Of a DNA stretch of 64,000 bases, positions 52,280-64,000 are shown one piece after another (within the stretch, counting starts at the first letter, position 1; the number at the start of each line of letters is the position of its first letter). The DNA is taken from assembly GCF_054482595.1 (NCBI RefSeq), contig NZ_CM137008.1; one strand, written 5' to 3'. The notes under the pieces were generated by a model that was not told where the DNA came from, ran no database searches, and saw only the letters and a program-made list of their open reading frames with translations. The position numbers and the translations under genes were made by a program.

Positions 52280-53980
52280 ATGCGATTGCTCAACCGTCTT
52301 AACCAGTATCAACGTCTGTGGCAACCTTCAGCCGGAAAGCCGCAAACCGTCACCGTCAGCGAACTGGCCGAACGCTGTTTTTGCAGCGAACGCCATGTTC
52401 GTACGCTGTTGCGTCAGGCACAGGAGGCGGGATGGCTGGAGTGGCAGGCGCAGTCAGGACGCGGAAAGCGCGGACAATTACGCTTTCTGGTCACGCCGGA
52501 ATCGCTACGCAATGCGATGATGGAACAGGCACTGGAAACCGGAAAGCAGCAAGATGTGCTGGAGCTGGCGCAACTGGCCCCAGGTGAGCTGCGCACTCTG
52601 TTACAGCCGTTTATGGGCGGACAATGGCAAAACGATACACCCACGTTGCGTATTCCCTACTATCGCCCGCTCGAACCGCTACAACCAGGCTTTTTGCCCG
52701 GCCGTGCCGAGCAGCATCTCGCCGGGCAGATATTTTCCGGCCTGACCCGCTTCGATAATAATACTCAGCGCCCGATTGGCGATTTAGCGCATCACTGGGA
52801 AACCTCTACTGACGGGTTACGCTGGGACTTTTATCTTCGTTCAACCCTACACTGGCATAACGGCGATGCAGTAAAAGCCTCACACTTACACCAGCGATTA
52901 TTGATGCTGTTACAACTGCCAGCACTGGATCAATTATTTATTAGCGTGAAGCGTATTGAAGTCACCCATCCGCAGTGTCTGACCTTCTTTTTACATCGCC
53001 CCGATTACTGGCTTGCGCACCGGCTGGCGAGCTATTGCAGCCATCTGGCGCATCCGCAATTCCCACTGATCGGCACGGGTCCTTTTCGCTTAACACAATT
53101 CACAGCGGAACTGGTGCGCCTGGAAAGCCATGATTATTACCATTTACGTCATCCACTGCTTAAAGCGGTTGAGTACTGGATAACTCCGCCGCTTTTCGAA
53201 AAAGATTTGGGAACCAGCTGTCGGCATCCCGTGCAAATCACCATCGGCAAACCGGAGGAGCTGCAACGGGTCAGCCAGGTCAGTAGTGGCATCAGTTTAG
53301 GTTTTTGCTATTTAACGTTGCGCAAAAGTCCCCGACTCTCCCTCTGGCAGGCGCGAAAAGTGATCTCCATTATTCATCAATCCGGTTTATTACAAACGTT
53401 AGAAGTAGGAGAAAACCTGATCACCGCCAGTCATGCATTACTGCCAGGCTGGACTATTCCGCAATGGCAAGTACCGGATGAAGTCAAACTACCGAAAACC
53501 TTGACGCTGGTTTATCACCTACCGATAGAACTTCATACCATGGCAGAACGCCTACAGGCGACACTGGCAGCGGAAGGCTGTGAACTTACAATTATTTTTC
53601 ATAACGCAAAAAACTGGGACGACACGACCCTATTGGCACACGCAGACCTCATGATGGGCGACAGATTAATTGGCGAAGCACCGGAATATACTCTGGAGCA
53701 ATGGCTACGTTGCGATCCACTATGGCCACATGTTTTCGACGCTCCAGCATATGCACATCTGCAATCGACGCTGGACGCGGTGCAAGTAATGCCTGATGAG
53801 GAAAACCGATTTAATGCCCTGAAAGCGGTTTTTAGCCAGTTAATGGCAGACGCGACGCTGACGCCGCTGTTCAACTATCACTATCGCATTAGTGCCCCTC
53901 CCGGCGTGAACGGTGTGCGACTGACACCGCGCGGCTGGTTTGAATTTACCGAAGCCTGGCTTCCCGCGCCGTCGCAATGA
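52280..53980 (+). CDS. ybaE: SgrR-like protein: N-terminal HTH plus solute-binding-protein family 5 fold, YbaE
   Basis: Start trimmed to MRLLNRLNQYQRLWQ (566 aa); N-terminal region VTVSELAERCFCSERHVRTLLRQAQEAGWLEWQAQSGRGKRG resembles the SgrR HTH. Confidence 0.82.
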   Translation: MRLLNRLNQYQRLWQPSAGKPQTVTVSELAERCFCSERHVRTLLRQAQEAGWLEWQAQSGRGKRGQLRFLVTPESLRNAMMEQALETGKQQDVLELAQLAPGELRTLLQPFMGGQWQNDTPTLRIPYYRPLEPLQPGFLPGRAEQHLAGQIFSGLTRFDNNTQRPIGDLAHHWETSTDGLRWDFYLRSTLHWHNGDAVKASHLHQRLLMLLQLPALDQLFISVKRIEVTHPQCLTFFLHRPDYWLAHRLASYCSHLAHPQFPLIGTGPFRLTQFTAELVRLESHDYYHLRHPLLKAVEYWITPPLFEKDLGTSCRHPVQITIGKPEELQRVSQVSSGISLGFCYLTLRKSPRLSLWQARKVISIIHQSGLLQTLEVGENLITASHALLPGWTIPQWQVPDEVKLPKTLTLVYHLPIELHTMAERLQATLAAEGCELTIIFHNAKNWDDTTLLAHADLMMGDRLIGEAPEYTLEQWLRCDPLWPHVFDAPAYAHLQSTLDAVQVMPDEENRFNALKAVFSQLMADATLTPLFNYHYRISAPPGVNGVRLTPRGWFEFTEAWLPAPSQ

Positions 53981-54044
53981 ATAGCTGGTCCGGGTTAATC
54001 GCAGGCGTTACCATAACGCTTTTATTGTTCAAGCAGGATTATCT

Positions 54045-54740
54045 ATGAAACGTGCTGTCGTTGTGTTCAGTGGAGGCCAGGATTCCACCACCTGTCTGGT
54101 GCAGGCATTACAACAATATGATGAAGTCCATTGCGTGACGTTCGATTACGGTCAGCGACATCGCGCAGAAATCGACGTGGCACGCGAACTGGCGCTGAAA
54201 CTGGGAGCACGCGCGCATAAGGTTCTTGATGTAACGCTGCTCAACGAGCTGGCGGTCAGCAGCCTGACACGTGACAGCATTCCGGTGCCTGATTATGAAC
54301 CTGAAGCCGATGGCATCCCGAATACGTTTGTCCCAGGGCGTAATATTTTGTTCCTGACGCTGGCGGCAATATATGCGTATCAGGTAAAAGCAGAAGCCGT
54401 AATTACCGGCGTCTGTGAAACGGATTTCTCCGGCTACCCGGATTGCCGCGATGAGTTTGTGAAAGCACTAAACCATGCCGTCAGTTTGGGCATGGCGAAA
54501 GATATTCGTTTTGAAACGCCGCTGATGTGGATTGATAAAGCGGAAACCTGGGCGCTGGCAGATTATTACGGCAAACTGGATTTAGTCCGTAACGAAACGT
54601 TGACCTGCTATAACGGCATTAAAGGCGACGGTTGCGGTCATTGTGCGGCATGTAATTTACGCGCCAACGGTTTGAATCATTATCTGGCCGATAAACCGAC
54701 GGTGATGGCAGCGATGAAGCAGAAAACCGGGTTGAGGTAA
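54045..54740 (+). CDS. queC: 7-cyano-7-deazaguanine synthase QueC
   Basis: 231-aa ORF; PP-loop VVFSGGQDS; C-terminal Cys cluster ([16 protein letters not shown]). Confidence 0.95.
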
Positions 54741-54752
54741 TTATTCCGGGTG

Positions 54753-54781
54753 TCGCCGGATGCGGCTTGAGCATCCGGCAC
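54753..54781. terminator. Hairpin between convergent queC and fadM
   Basis: gccggatgc-ggcttga-gcatccggc inverted repeat in the 51-bp spacer. Confidence 0.6.
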
Positions 54782-54791
54782 CACAAAACGT

Positions 54792-55190
54792 TTACTTAAC
54801 CATCTGCTCCAGCTTTTCGCGCAATTCCCCTTCCAGAGCTAATGCTTTCTGCGTTTTAAGATCAATACAAACAAACGTAATAAGCGCATCCGCTACCACC
54901 TGCCCTTCCGGCTCCAGTGTAATGACCTGGCTTAAGATGCCGCTTTTACCGTTTAATTGCTGCAACTGACTGGTAATAGTTAACAGGTCGCTTAATACCG
55001 CTGGGCGACGATAGTTAATATTGATATTGACCACGACGAAGGCGATGTTATGGGCCGTCATCCACTGAAAACTGTCGCTATTTTCCAACCCATCCCAGCG
55101 GGCTTCTTCGAGAAATTCAAGGTAGCGGGCGTTGTTGACGTGCTGGTAAACGTCGAGATGATATCCACGAACTTTGATTTGTGTTTGCAT
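54792..55190 (-). CDS. fadM: Long-chain acyl-CoA thioesterase III (hot-dog fold) FadM/YbaW
   Basis: 132-aa ORF; 4HBT-type thioesterase (YHLDVYQHVNNARYLEF). Confidence 0.9.
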   Translation of the reverse strand: MQTQIKVRGYHLDVYQHVNNARYLEFLEEARWDGLENSDSFQWMTAHNIAFVVVNININYRRPAVLSDLLTITSQLQQLNGKSGILSQVITLEPEGQVVADALITFVCIDLKTQKALALEGELREKLEQMVK

Positions 55191-55231
55191 AGCGCAATAA
55201 CCTTACGTTGTTGTTATAAGTACAGAGGTCA

Positions 55232-57677
<2,446 letters not shown>

Positions 57678-57868
57678 GGTGTAACAACACTCCGCTGTAG
57701 ATGACTGTGTACCTCACGCAACGTATCGATGCGCGCAAAGGCCTATTGTGACAAGAAACGGGGGCAATTGTCAGCCCACAAGACACAGAAAGTCACCGAA
57801 TACAAATAAAAAAGGCACATCAGTAGATGCGCCCTTGAACTTCGTCACATCCCCACTGGGGACAACGC

Positions 57869-58141
57869 TTAGTTTACCGCGTCTTTCAGTGCTTTACCTG
57901 CACGGAAGCTCGGTACTTTAGCGGCAGCGATGGTGATCTCTTTACCGGTCTGCGGGTTGCGGCCAGTACGGGCAGCACGCTCTTTAACGGCAAAAGTACC
58001 AAAACCTACCAGTGCTACATCATCCCCTTCTTTCAGAGATTCAGTTACGGAAGCAATAATAGCATCTAACGCACGGCCAGCCGCAGCTTTAGAGATATCA
58101 GCCCCTGCAGCAATCTTGTCGATCAATTGAGATTTATTCAC
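57869..58141 (-). CDS. hupB: DNA-binding protein HU-beta
   Basis: 90-aa [30 protein letters not shown]...; HU/IHF fold with RNPQTGKEI arm. Confidence 0.97.
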
Positions 58142-58280
58142 TCTTCTCTTCCTCTTTATAATTTATATCGCACTTGAATCCTTCAAGGTACGAACGCGCA
58201 GCAGTTATATCAGGCCAGCCATCCCCTTACAACACCCCTTAATAAGGGCAAGCCCGATCCGCCATCTAACTTAGCGAGAC

Positions 58281-58325
58281 AAAAAAAGGCTGGCAAGCCC
58301 GAATTAGCCTGCCAGCCCTGTTTTT
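58281..58325 (-). terminator. Rho-independent terminator of lon
   Basis: Hairpin ggctggcaagccc...gcctgccagcc flanked by A-tract (58281-58287) and T-tract (58321-58325). Confidence 0.75.
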
Positions 58326-58349
58326 ATTAGTGCATTTTGCGCGAGGTCA

Positions 58350-60704
58350 CTATTTTGCAGTCACAACCTGCATGCCAGACGGTTCATTTTGCAGCGCCAG
58401 AGTCAGAACTTCCTCAATGCGCTTCACAGGATGAATGTCCAGATCGGCAATTACGTTGTCAGGAATCTCTTCCAGATCGCGTTTATTTTCGAACGGAATT
58501 AACACTGTTTTAATCCCGCCGCGATGCGCTGCCAGTAGTTTTTCTTTCAAACCACCGATCGGCAGTACCTGACCACGCAGAGTGATCTCACCGGTCATTG
58601 CCACATCGGCACGAACCGGGTTACCGGTCAGGCAAGAAACCAGCGCGGTGCACATAGCAATACCAGCACTCGGACCATCTTTCGGCGTCGCACCTTCCGG
58701 TACGTGGACGTGGATGTCACGTTTTTCGTAAAAATCAGGGTTGATCCCCAGTTTTTCCGCACGCGCACGAACCACCGTTAACGCCGCCTGAATAGACTCC
58801 TGCATCACTTCGCCGAGCGAACCGGTATAGGTCAGTTTGCCTTTACCCGGAACACATGCGGTTTCAATGGTCAGCAAGTCACCGCCCACTTCCGTCCACG
58901 CCAGACCGGTTACCTGACCGACACGGTTTTCGTTATCAGCGCGACCATAGTCGAAACGCTGAACACCGAGGTAGTCATGCAGGTTATCGCCGTTAATTTC
59001 GATATGTTTTAATGACTTATCGAGCAGTAACTGCTTAACCGCTTTGCGGCACAGTTTGGAGATTTCACGCTCCAGACCACGCACGCCCGCCTCACGGGTG
59101 TAGTAACGAATAATGCCGATAATGGCGCTATCGTCGACGGTCAGCTCACCTTTTTTCAGTGCATTACGTTCAATCTGCTTCGGCAGCAGGTGACGTTTGG
59201 CGATGTTCAGTTTTTCATCTTCGGTATAACCGGAGAGGCGAATCACTTCCATACGATCCAGCAGCGGTGCCGGAATGTTCATGGAGTTCGACGTCGCGAC
59301 AAACATCACGTCGCTGAGATCGTAATCCACTTCCAGGTAGTGGTCGCTGAACGCTACGTTCTGCTCTGGATCCAGCACTTCAAGCAGTGCAGAGGCCGGA
59401 TCGCCTCGCATGTCAGAAGACATTTTGTCGATCTCATCGAGCAGGAACAGCGGGTTTTTCACGCCCACTTTCGCCATTTTCTGGATCAGTTTACCCGGCA
59501 TAGAACCGATGTAAGTACGGCGGTGACCACGGATTTCCGCTTCATCACGCACGCCGCCCAGCGCCATACGGACATATTTACGCCCGGTGGCTTTGGCAAT
59601 GGACTGACCAAGAGAGGTTTTACCTACCCCCGGCGGCCCTACCAGGCAGAGGATCGGTCCCTTGATTTTGTTGACACGGCTTTGAACCGCAAGGTACTCA
59701 AGGATGCGATCTTTCACGCGCTCCAGACCATAATGGTCGGTATCAAGGATTTCCTGCGCCTGACGCAGGTCTTTTTTGACCTTGCTACGCGCATTCCACG
59801 GCACCTGTACCATCCAGTCGATATAACCACGCACTACGGTCGCTTCTGCCGACATCGGAGACATCATTTTCAGCTTCTGCAACTCTGCTTCCGCTTTCTC
59901 TTTTGCCTCTTTCGGCATCTTCGCCGCGTCGATTTTGCGCTTCAGGGCTTCGTTTTCGTCCGGCGCGTCGTCCATTTCACCGAGTTCTTTCTGAATAGCT
60001 TTCATTTGCTCGTTCAGATAGTACTCACGCTGGGATTTCTCCATCTGCTTTTTAACGCGGTTGCGAATGCGTTTCTCAACCTGCAGCAGATCGATTTCCG
60101 ATTCCATCATTGCCATCAGATATTCCAGACGTTCGTTAACGTCGGACATCTCCAGAACGGACTGTTTATCAGCCAGTTTCAGCGGCATATGTGCAGCAAT
60201 GGTATCCGCCAGACGCGCCGGATCGTCGATGCTATTCAGCGACGTCAGCACTTCTGGTGGGATTTTTTTGTTCAGCTTGATGTAGCCTTCGAACTGGCTG
60301 ATTGCAGTACGCACCAGCACTTCCTGTTCTCGCTCATCAATAGTCGGCGACTCCAGATACTCCGCCTTCGCAGAAAAGTGTTCGCCATTGTCAGAGAGCG
60401 CAGAAATACGCGCGCGCTGTAACCCCTCGACCAGCACTTTGACGGTGCCGTCAGGCAGTTTCAGCATCTGCAATATAGAGGCCACGGTCCCGACGGTGAA
60501 AAGATCGTTTACACCCGGCTCATCCGTTGAAGCTTCTTTCTGCGCGACCAGCATAATTTTTTTATCATGGTCCATCGCCGCTTCCAGACAACGGATAGAT
60601 TTTTCCCGCCCGACAAATAAGGGGATGACCATGTGCGGATAAACCACCACATCGCGCAGCGGCAATACGGGGATTTCAATGCGTTCAGAACGCTCAGGAT
60701 TCAT
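58350..60704 (-). CDS. lon: ATP-dependent Lon protease
   Basis: Start trimmed to [23 protein letters not shown] (784 aa); Walker [10 protein letters not shown]; catalytic Ser in PKDGPSAG. Confidence 0.97.
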   Translation of the reverse strand: MNPERSERIEIPVLPLRDVVVYPHMVIPLFVGREKSIRCLEAAMDHDKKIMLVAQKEASTDEPGVNDLFTVGTVASILQMLKLPDGTVKVLVEGLQRARISALSDNGEHFSAKAEYLESPTIDEREQEVLVRTAISQFEGYIKLNKKIPPEVLTSLNSIDDPARLADTIAAHMPLKLADKQSVLEMSDVNERLEYLMAMMESEIDLLQVEKRIRNRVKKQMEKSQREYYLNEQMKAIQKELGEMDDAPDENEALKRKIDAAKMPKEAKEKAEAELQKLKMMSPMSAEATVVRGYIDWMVQVPWNARSKVKKDLRQAQEILDTDHYGLERVKDRILEYLAVQSRVNKIKGPILCLVGPPGVGKTSLGQSIAKATGRKYVRMALGGVRDEAEIRGHRRTYIGSMPGKLIQKMAKVGVKNPLFLLDEIDKMSSDMRGDPASALLEVLDPEQNVAFSDHYLEVDYDLSDVMFVATSNSMNIPAPLLDRMEVIRLSGYTEDEKLNIAKRHLLPKQIERNALKKGELTVDDSAIIGIIRYYTREAGVRGLEREISKLCRKAVKQLLLDKSLKHIEINGDNLHDYLGVQRFDYGRADNENRVGQVTGLAWTEVGGDLLTIETACVPGKGKLTYTGSLGEVMQESIQAALTVVRARAEKLGINPDFYEKRDIHVHVPEGATPKDGPSAGIAMCTALVSCLTGNPVRADVAMTGEITLRGQVLPIGGLKEKLLAAHRGGIKTVLIPFENKRDLEEIPDNVIADLDIHPVKRIEEVLTLALQNEPSGMQVVTAK

Positions 60705-60787
60705 AGAGCTCTCTCTTAGTTTAATTTCCGCCAGGTAATCAGATGACACGACTGTGCTTCACGCCATCTATTAACATGTACGTCAGT

Positions 60788-60816
60788 ATATGGGGATGTT
60801 TCCCCCACATTCAACG
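60788..60816 (-). promoter_or_regulatory. Sigma-32 heat-shock promoter of lon
   Basis: Minus strand GCGTTGAATGTGGGGGAAACATCCCCATATACTGACG: TTGAA (-35) and CCCCATAT (-10). Confidence 0.8.
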
Positions 60817-60864
60817 CCGAGAATAGAGGAAAAATTAAAGGGGAGATAAAATCCCCCCTTTTTG
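60808..60864 (+). ncRNA. Candidate small RNA in the clpX-lon spacer (possibly SraA), ending at a plus-strand terminator
   Basis: Plus-strand hairpin aaaggggagataaaatcccccc followed by tttttgg at 60836-60864; position matches my recollection of sraA in the clpX-lon intergenic region, antisense to the lon promoter. Confidence 0.35.
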
Positions 60865-60891
60865 GTTAACTAATTGTATGGGAATGGTTAA

Positions 60892-62166
60892 TTATTCACC
60901 AGATGCCTGTTGCGCTTCCGGCTTGCCATAAATCAGCAACGGTTTGCTTTGACCATCAATTACCGACTCGTCGATAACCACTTTTTCGACATCTTCCATG
61001 GACGGCAGATCGTACATGGTATCGAGCAGTGCGGCTTCTACGATGGAACGCAGGCCACGGGCACCGGTTTTACGCGCCATCGCTTTCTTAGCGATAGCAT
61101 CCAGCGCCTCGTCACGGAATTCCAGATCCACGCCTTCCAGATTAAACAGCGCCTGATACTGCTTGGTCAGGGCGTTTTTCGGCTCTTTGAGGATCTGAAT
61201 CAGAGCTTCTTCGCTCAGTTCATTCAACGTTGCGACAACCGGCAGACGACCAATAAACTCAGGGATAAGACCAAACTTGATCAGATCTTCCGGTTCAACC
61301 TGCGCCAGCAGCTCGCCTTCGCTTGCTTTGTCGGACTTCGCTTTTACCGTCGCGCCAAAACCAATGCCGGAGCCGGTTTCTACACGATGGGAAATCACTT
61401 TATCCAGACCGGCAAACGCACCGCCACAAATAAACAGGATCTTAGAGGTATCAACCTGCAAGAATTCCTGCTGCGGATGTTTACGCCCACCTTGCGGTGG
61501 AACAGCAGCTACCGTACCTTCGATCAGTTTCAACAGTGCCTGCTGTACGCCTTCACCGGAAACGTCACGGGTAATAGACGGGTTGTCTGACTTACGAGAA
61601 ATCTTGTCGATTTCATCGATGTAGACAATCCCGCGCTGCGCTTTCTGTACGTCGTAATCGCACTTCTGCAACAGCTTCTGAATGATGTTTTCAACGTCTT
61701 CGCCCACATAACCGGCTTCGGTCAGCGTGGTTGCGTCGGCCATGGTGAACGGGACGTCCAGCAGGCGCGCCAGCGTTTCAGCCAGCAGCGTTTTACCGGA
61801 ACCAGTCGGACCGATCAGCAGAATGTTACTTTTGCCCAACTCGACACCATTGCTGGTATCGCCGTTGCGCAGACGTTTGTAATGGTTGTATACCGCGACC
61901 GCCAGCACTTTTTTCGCCTGTTCCTGGCCGATAACGTAATCGTCCAGGTGGTTACGAATTTCATGCGGCGTCGGTAGCGCACTGCGTTCACGATGCGGTG
62001 CAACTTCTTTAATCTCTTCGCGAATGATGTCGTTACATAAATCAACACATTCGTCGCAGATATACACGGATGGACCGGCAATCAGCTTGCGCACTTCATG
62101 CTGGCTTTTGCCGCAAAAAGAGCAATACAGCAATTTGCCTGAGCCATCTTTGCGTTTATCTGTCAT
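60892..62166 (-). CDS. clpX: ATP-dependent Clp protease ATP-binding subunit ClpX
   Basis: 424-aa ORF; N-terminal zinc-binding domain (CSFCGK...CDEC), Walker A GPTGSGKT. Confidence 0.97.
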
Positions 62167-62291
62167 GGGTCAAAACCTCTTCTTTGTACTTTGTGCCGCA
62201 CACGACGACGCAAATGCCATTCTCAGGCGCAAGCCGCTTACAGCGTTGTGCCGCCCTGGATAAGTATAGCGGCACAGTTGCGCCTCTGGCA

Positions 62292-62915
62292 TCAATTACG
62301 ATGGGTCAGAATCGAATCGACCAGACCGTATTCCACCGCTTCAGGGGCGGAAAGGAAGCGATCGCGCTCGGTATCACGTTCAATCTGTTCTAATGATTGA
62401 CCCGTATGAAGCGCCATAAGTTCATTCATACGCCCTTTAACTTTCAGAATTTCACGGGCATGAATTTCGATATCGGTCGCCTGGCCCTGGTAGCCGCCCA
62501 ACGGTTGGTGAATCATCACGCGCGAATTCGGCAGGCAAAAACGTTTACCTTTTGCCCCTGCGGTCAGCAAGAAAGCGCCCATCGAGGCCGCCTGGCCCAT
62601 ACAGATGGTGCTGACATCAGGCTTGATAAACTGCATGGTGTCATAGATAGACATCCCGGCAGTAATCACCCCGCCTGGAGAGTTAATGTACAGATAGATA
62701 TCTTTTTCTGGGTTTTCTGCTTCCAGGAACAGCATCTGCGCCACAATCAGGTTAGCCATGTGGTCTTCAACCTGGCCAGTTAGAAAAATGACGCGTTCCT
62801 TAAGTAGACGAGAATAGATATCAAAAGAGCGCTCACCTCGTGAGGTCTGTTCAATGACCATCGGCACCAGCGCCATATGGGGTGCAAAGTTATCTCGTTC
62901 GCCGCTGTATGACAT
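62292..62915 (-). CDS. clpP: ATP-dependent Clp protease proteolytic subunit ClpP
   Basis: 207-aa ORF; catalytic Ser motif GQAASMGA. Confidence 0.97.
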   Translation of the reverse strand: MSYSGERDNFAPHMALVPMVIEQTSRGERSFDIYSRLLKERVIFLTGQVEDHMANLIVAQMLFLEAENPEKDIYLYINSPGGVITAGMSIYDTMQFIKPDVSTICMGQAASMGAFLLTAGAKGKRFCLPNSRVMIHQPLGGYQGQATDIEIHAREILKVKGRMNELMALHTGQSLEQIERDTERDRFLSAPEAVEYGLVDSILTHRN

Positions 62916-62983
62916 TTCCGTCTCCTGGATAAAATTGAAAAAACCTGCTGTACCGATTGTAACCTTATGGACGGATTATCAGC

Positions 62984-63014
62984 TAGTCCCTGTGTTATGG
63001 GTACGGCATCACCA
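62984..63014 (-). promoter_or_regulatory. Sigma-32-type promoter of clpP
   Basis: Minus strand GCTTGAAATATGGTGATGCCGTACCCATAACA: CTTGAAA (-35) and CCCATAAC (-10). Confidence 0.7.
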
Positions 63015-63084
63015 TATTTCAAGCATAACAATCTTTTGTTGTTACGCTAACACCGAAAGAGGCTTTTCGCACGGTTCCATGCAA

Positions 63085-63118
63085 AATTCATGACAAAAAA
63101 AAGCCCACCACCTGGCGG
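63085..63118 (-). terminator. Putative terminator downstream of tig
   Basis: Minus strand GC-rich hairpin (gcccgtcaccgccaggtggtgggc) followed by UUUUUUUU (plus A8 at 63085-63092). Confidence 0.6.
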
Positions 63119-63160
63119 TGACGGGCCTTTGTGCGAATTTAGCGCGTTATGCTGCGTAAA

Positions 63161-64000
<840 letters not shown>

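Overview
This window reads as conserved Escherichia coli K-12-type core chromosome, reverse-complemented relative to the usual map: the tig-clpPX-lon-hupB-ppiD ... acrRAB ... dnaX-recR-htpG-adk ... copA-cueR ... ybbN-ybbO segment. All identifications are from reading the sequence and recalling known proteins and motifs; no database search was run. Every ORF of about 100 aa or more is accounted for by a recognisable conserved gene in the expected order and orientation, and I find no mobile element, CRISPR array, phage, integrase or defence island. I therefore do not see evidence for a previously undescribed system here. The points most worth a second look are: (1) a tandem array of about 7 copies of a 101-bp REP/BIME unit between copA and ybaQ, which the ORF track misreads as six in-frame 76-aa ORFs; (2) sRNA genes invisible to an ORF track (ffs 4.5S RNA, ChiX between ybaK and ybaP, and a possible SraA-like RNA in the clpX-lon spacer); (3) two programmed -1 frameshift sites (dnaX tau/gamma, and copA CCCAAAG giving a short CopA(Z)); (4) small or orphan genes (ybaM 53 aa, orphan HigA-like ybaQ, SgrR-like ybaE); (5) readable regulatory sites (CueR operator in the copA promoter, AcrR operator palindrome, sigma-54 glnK promoter, sigma-32 promoters of htpG, lon and clpP). 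Several ORF-track starts are N-terminally over-extended and are corrected in the feature list.
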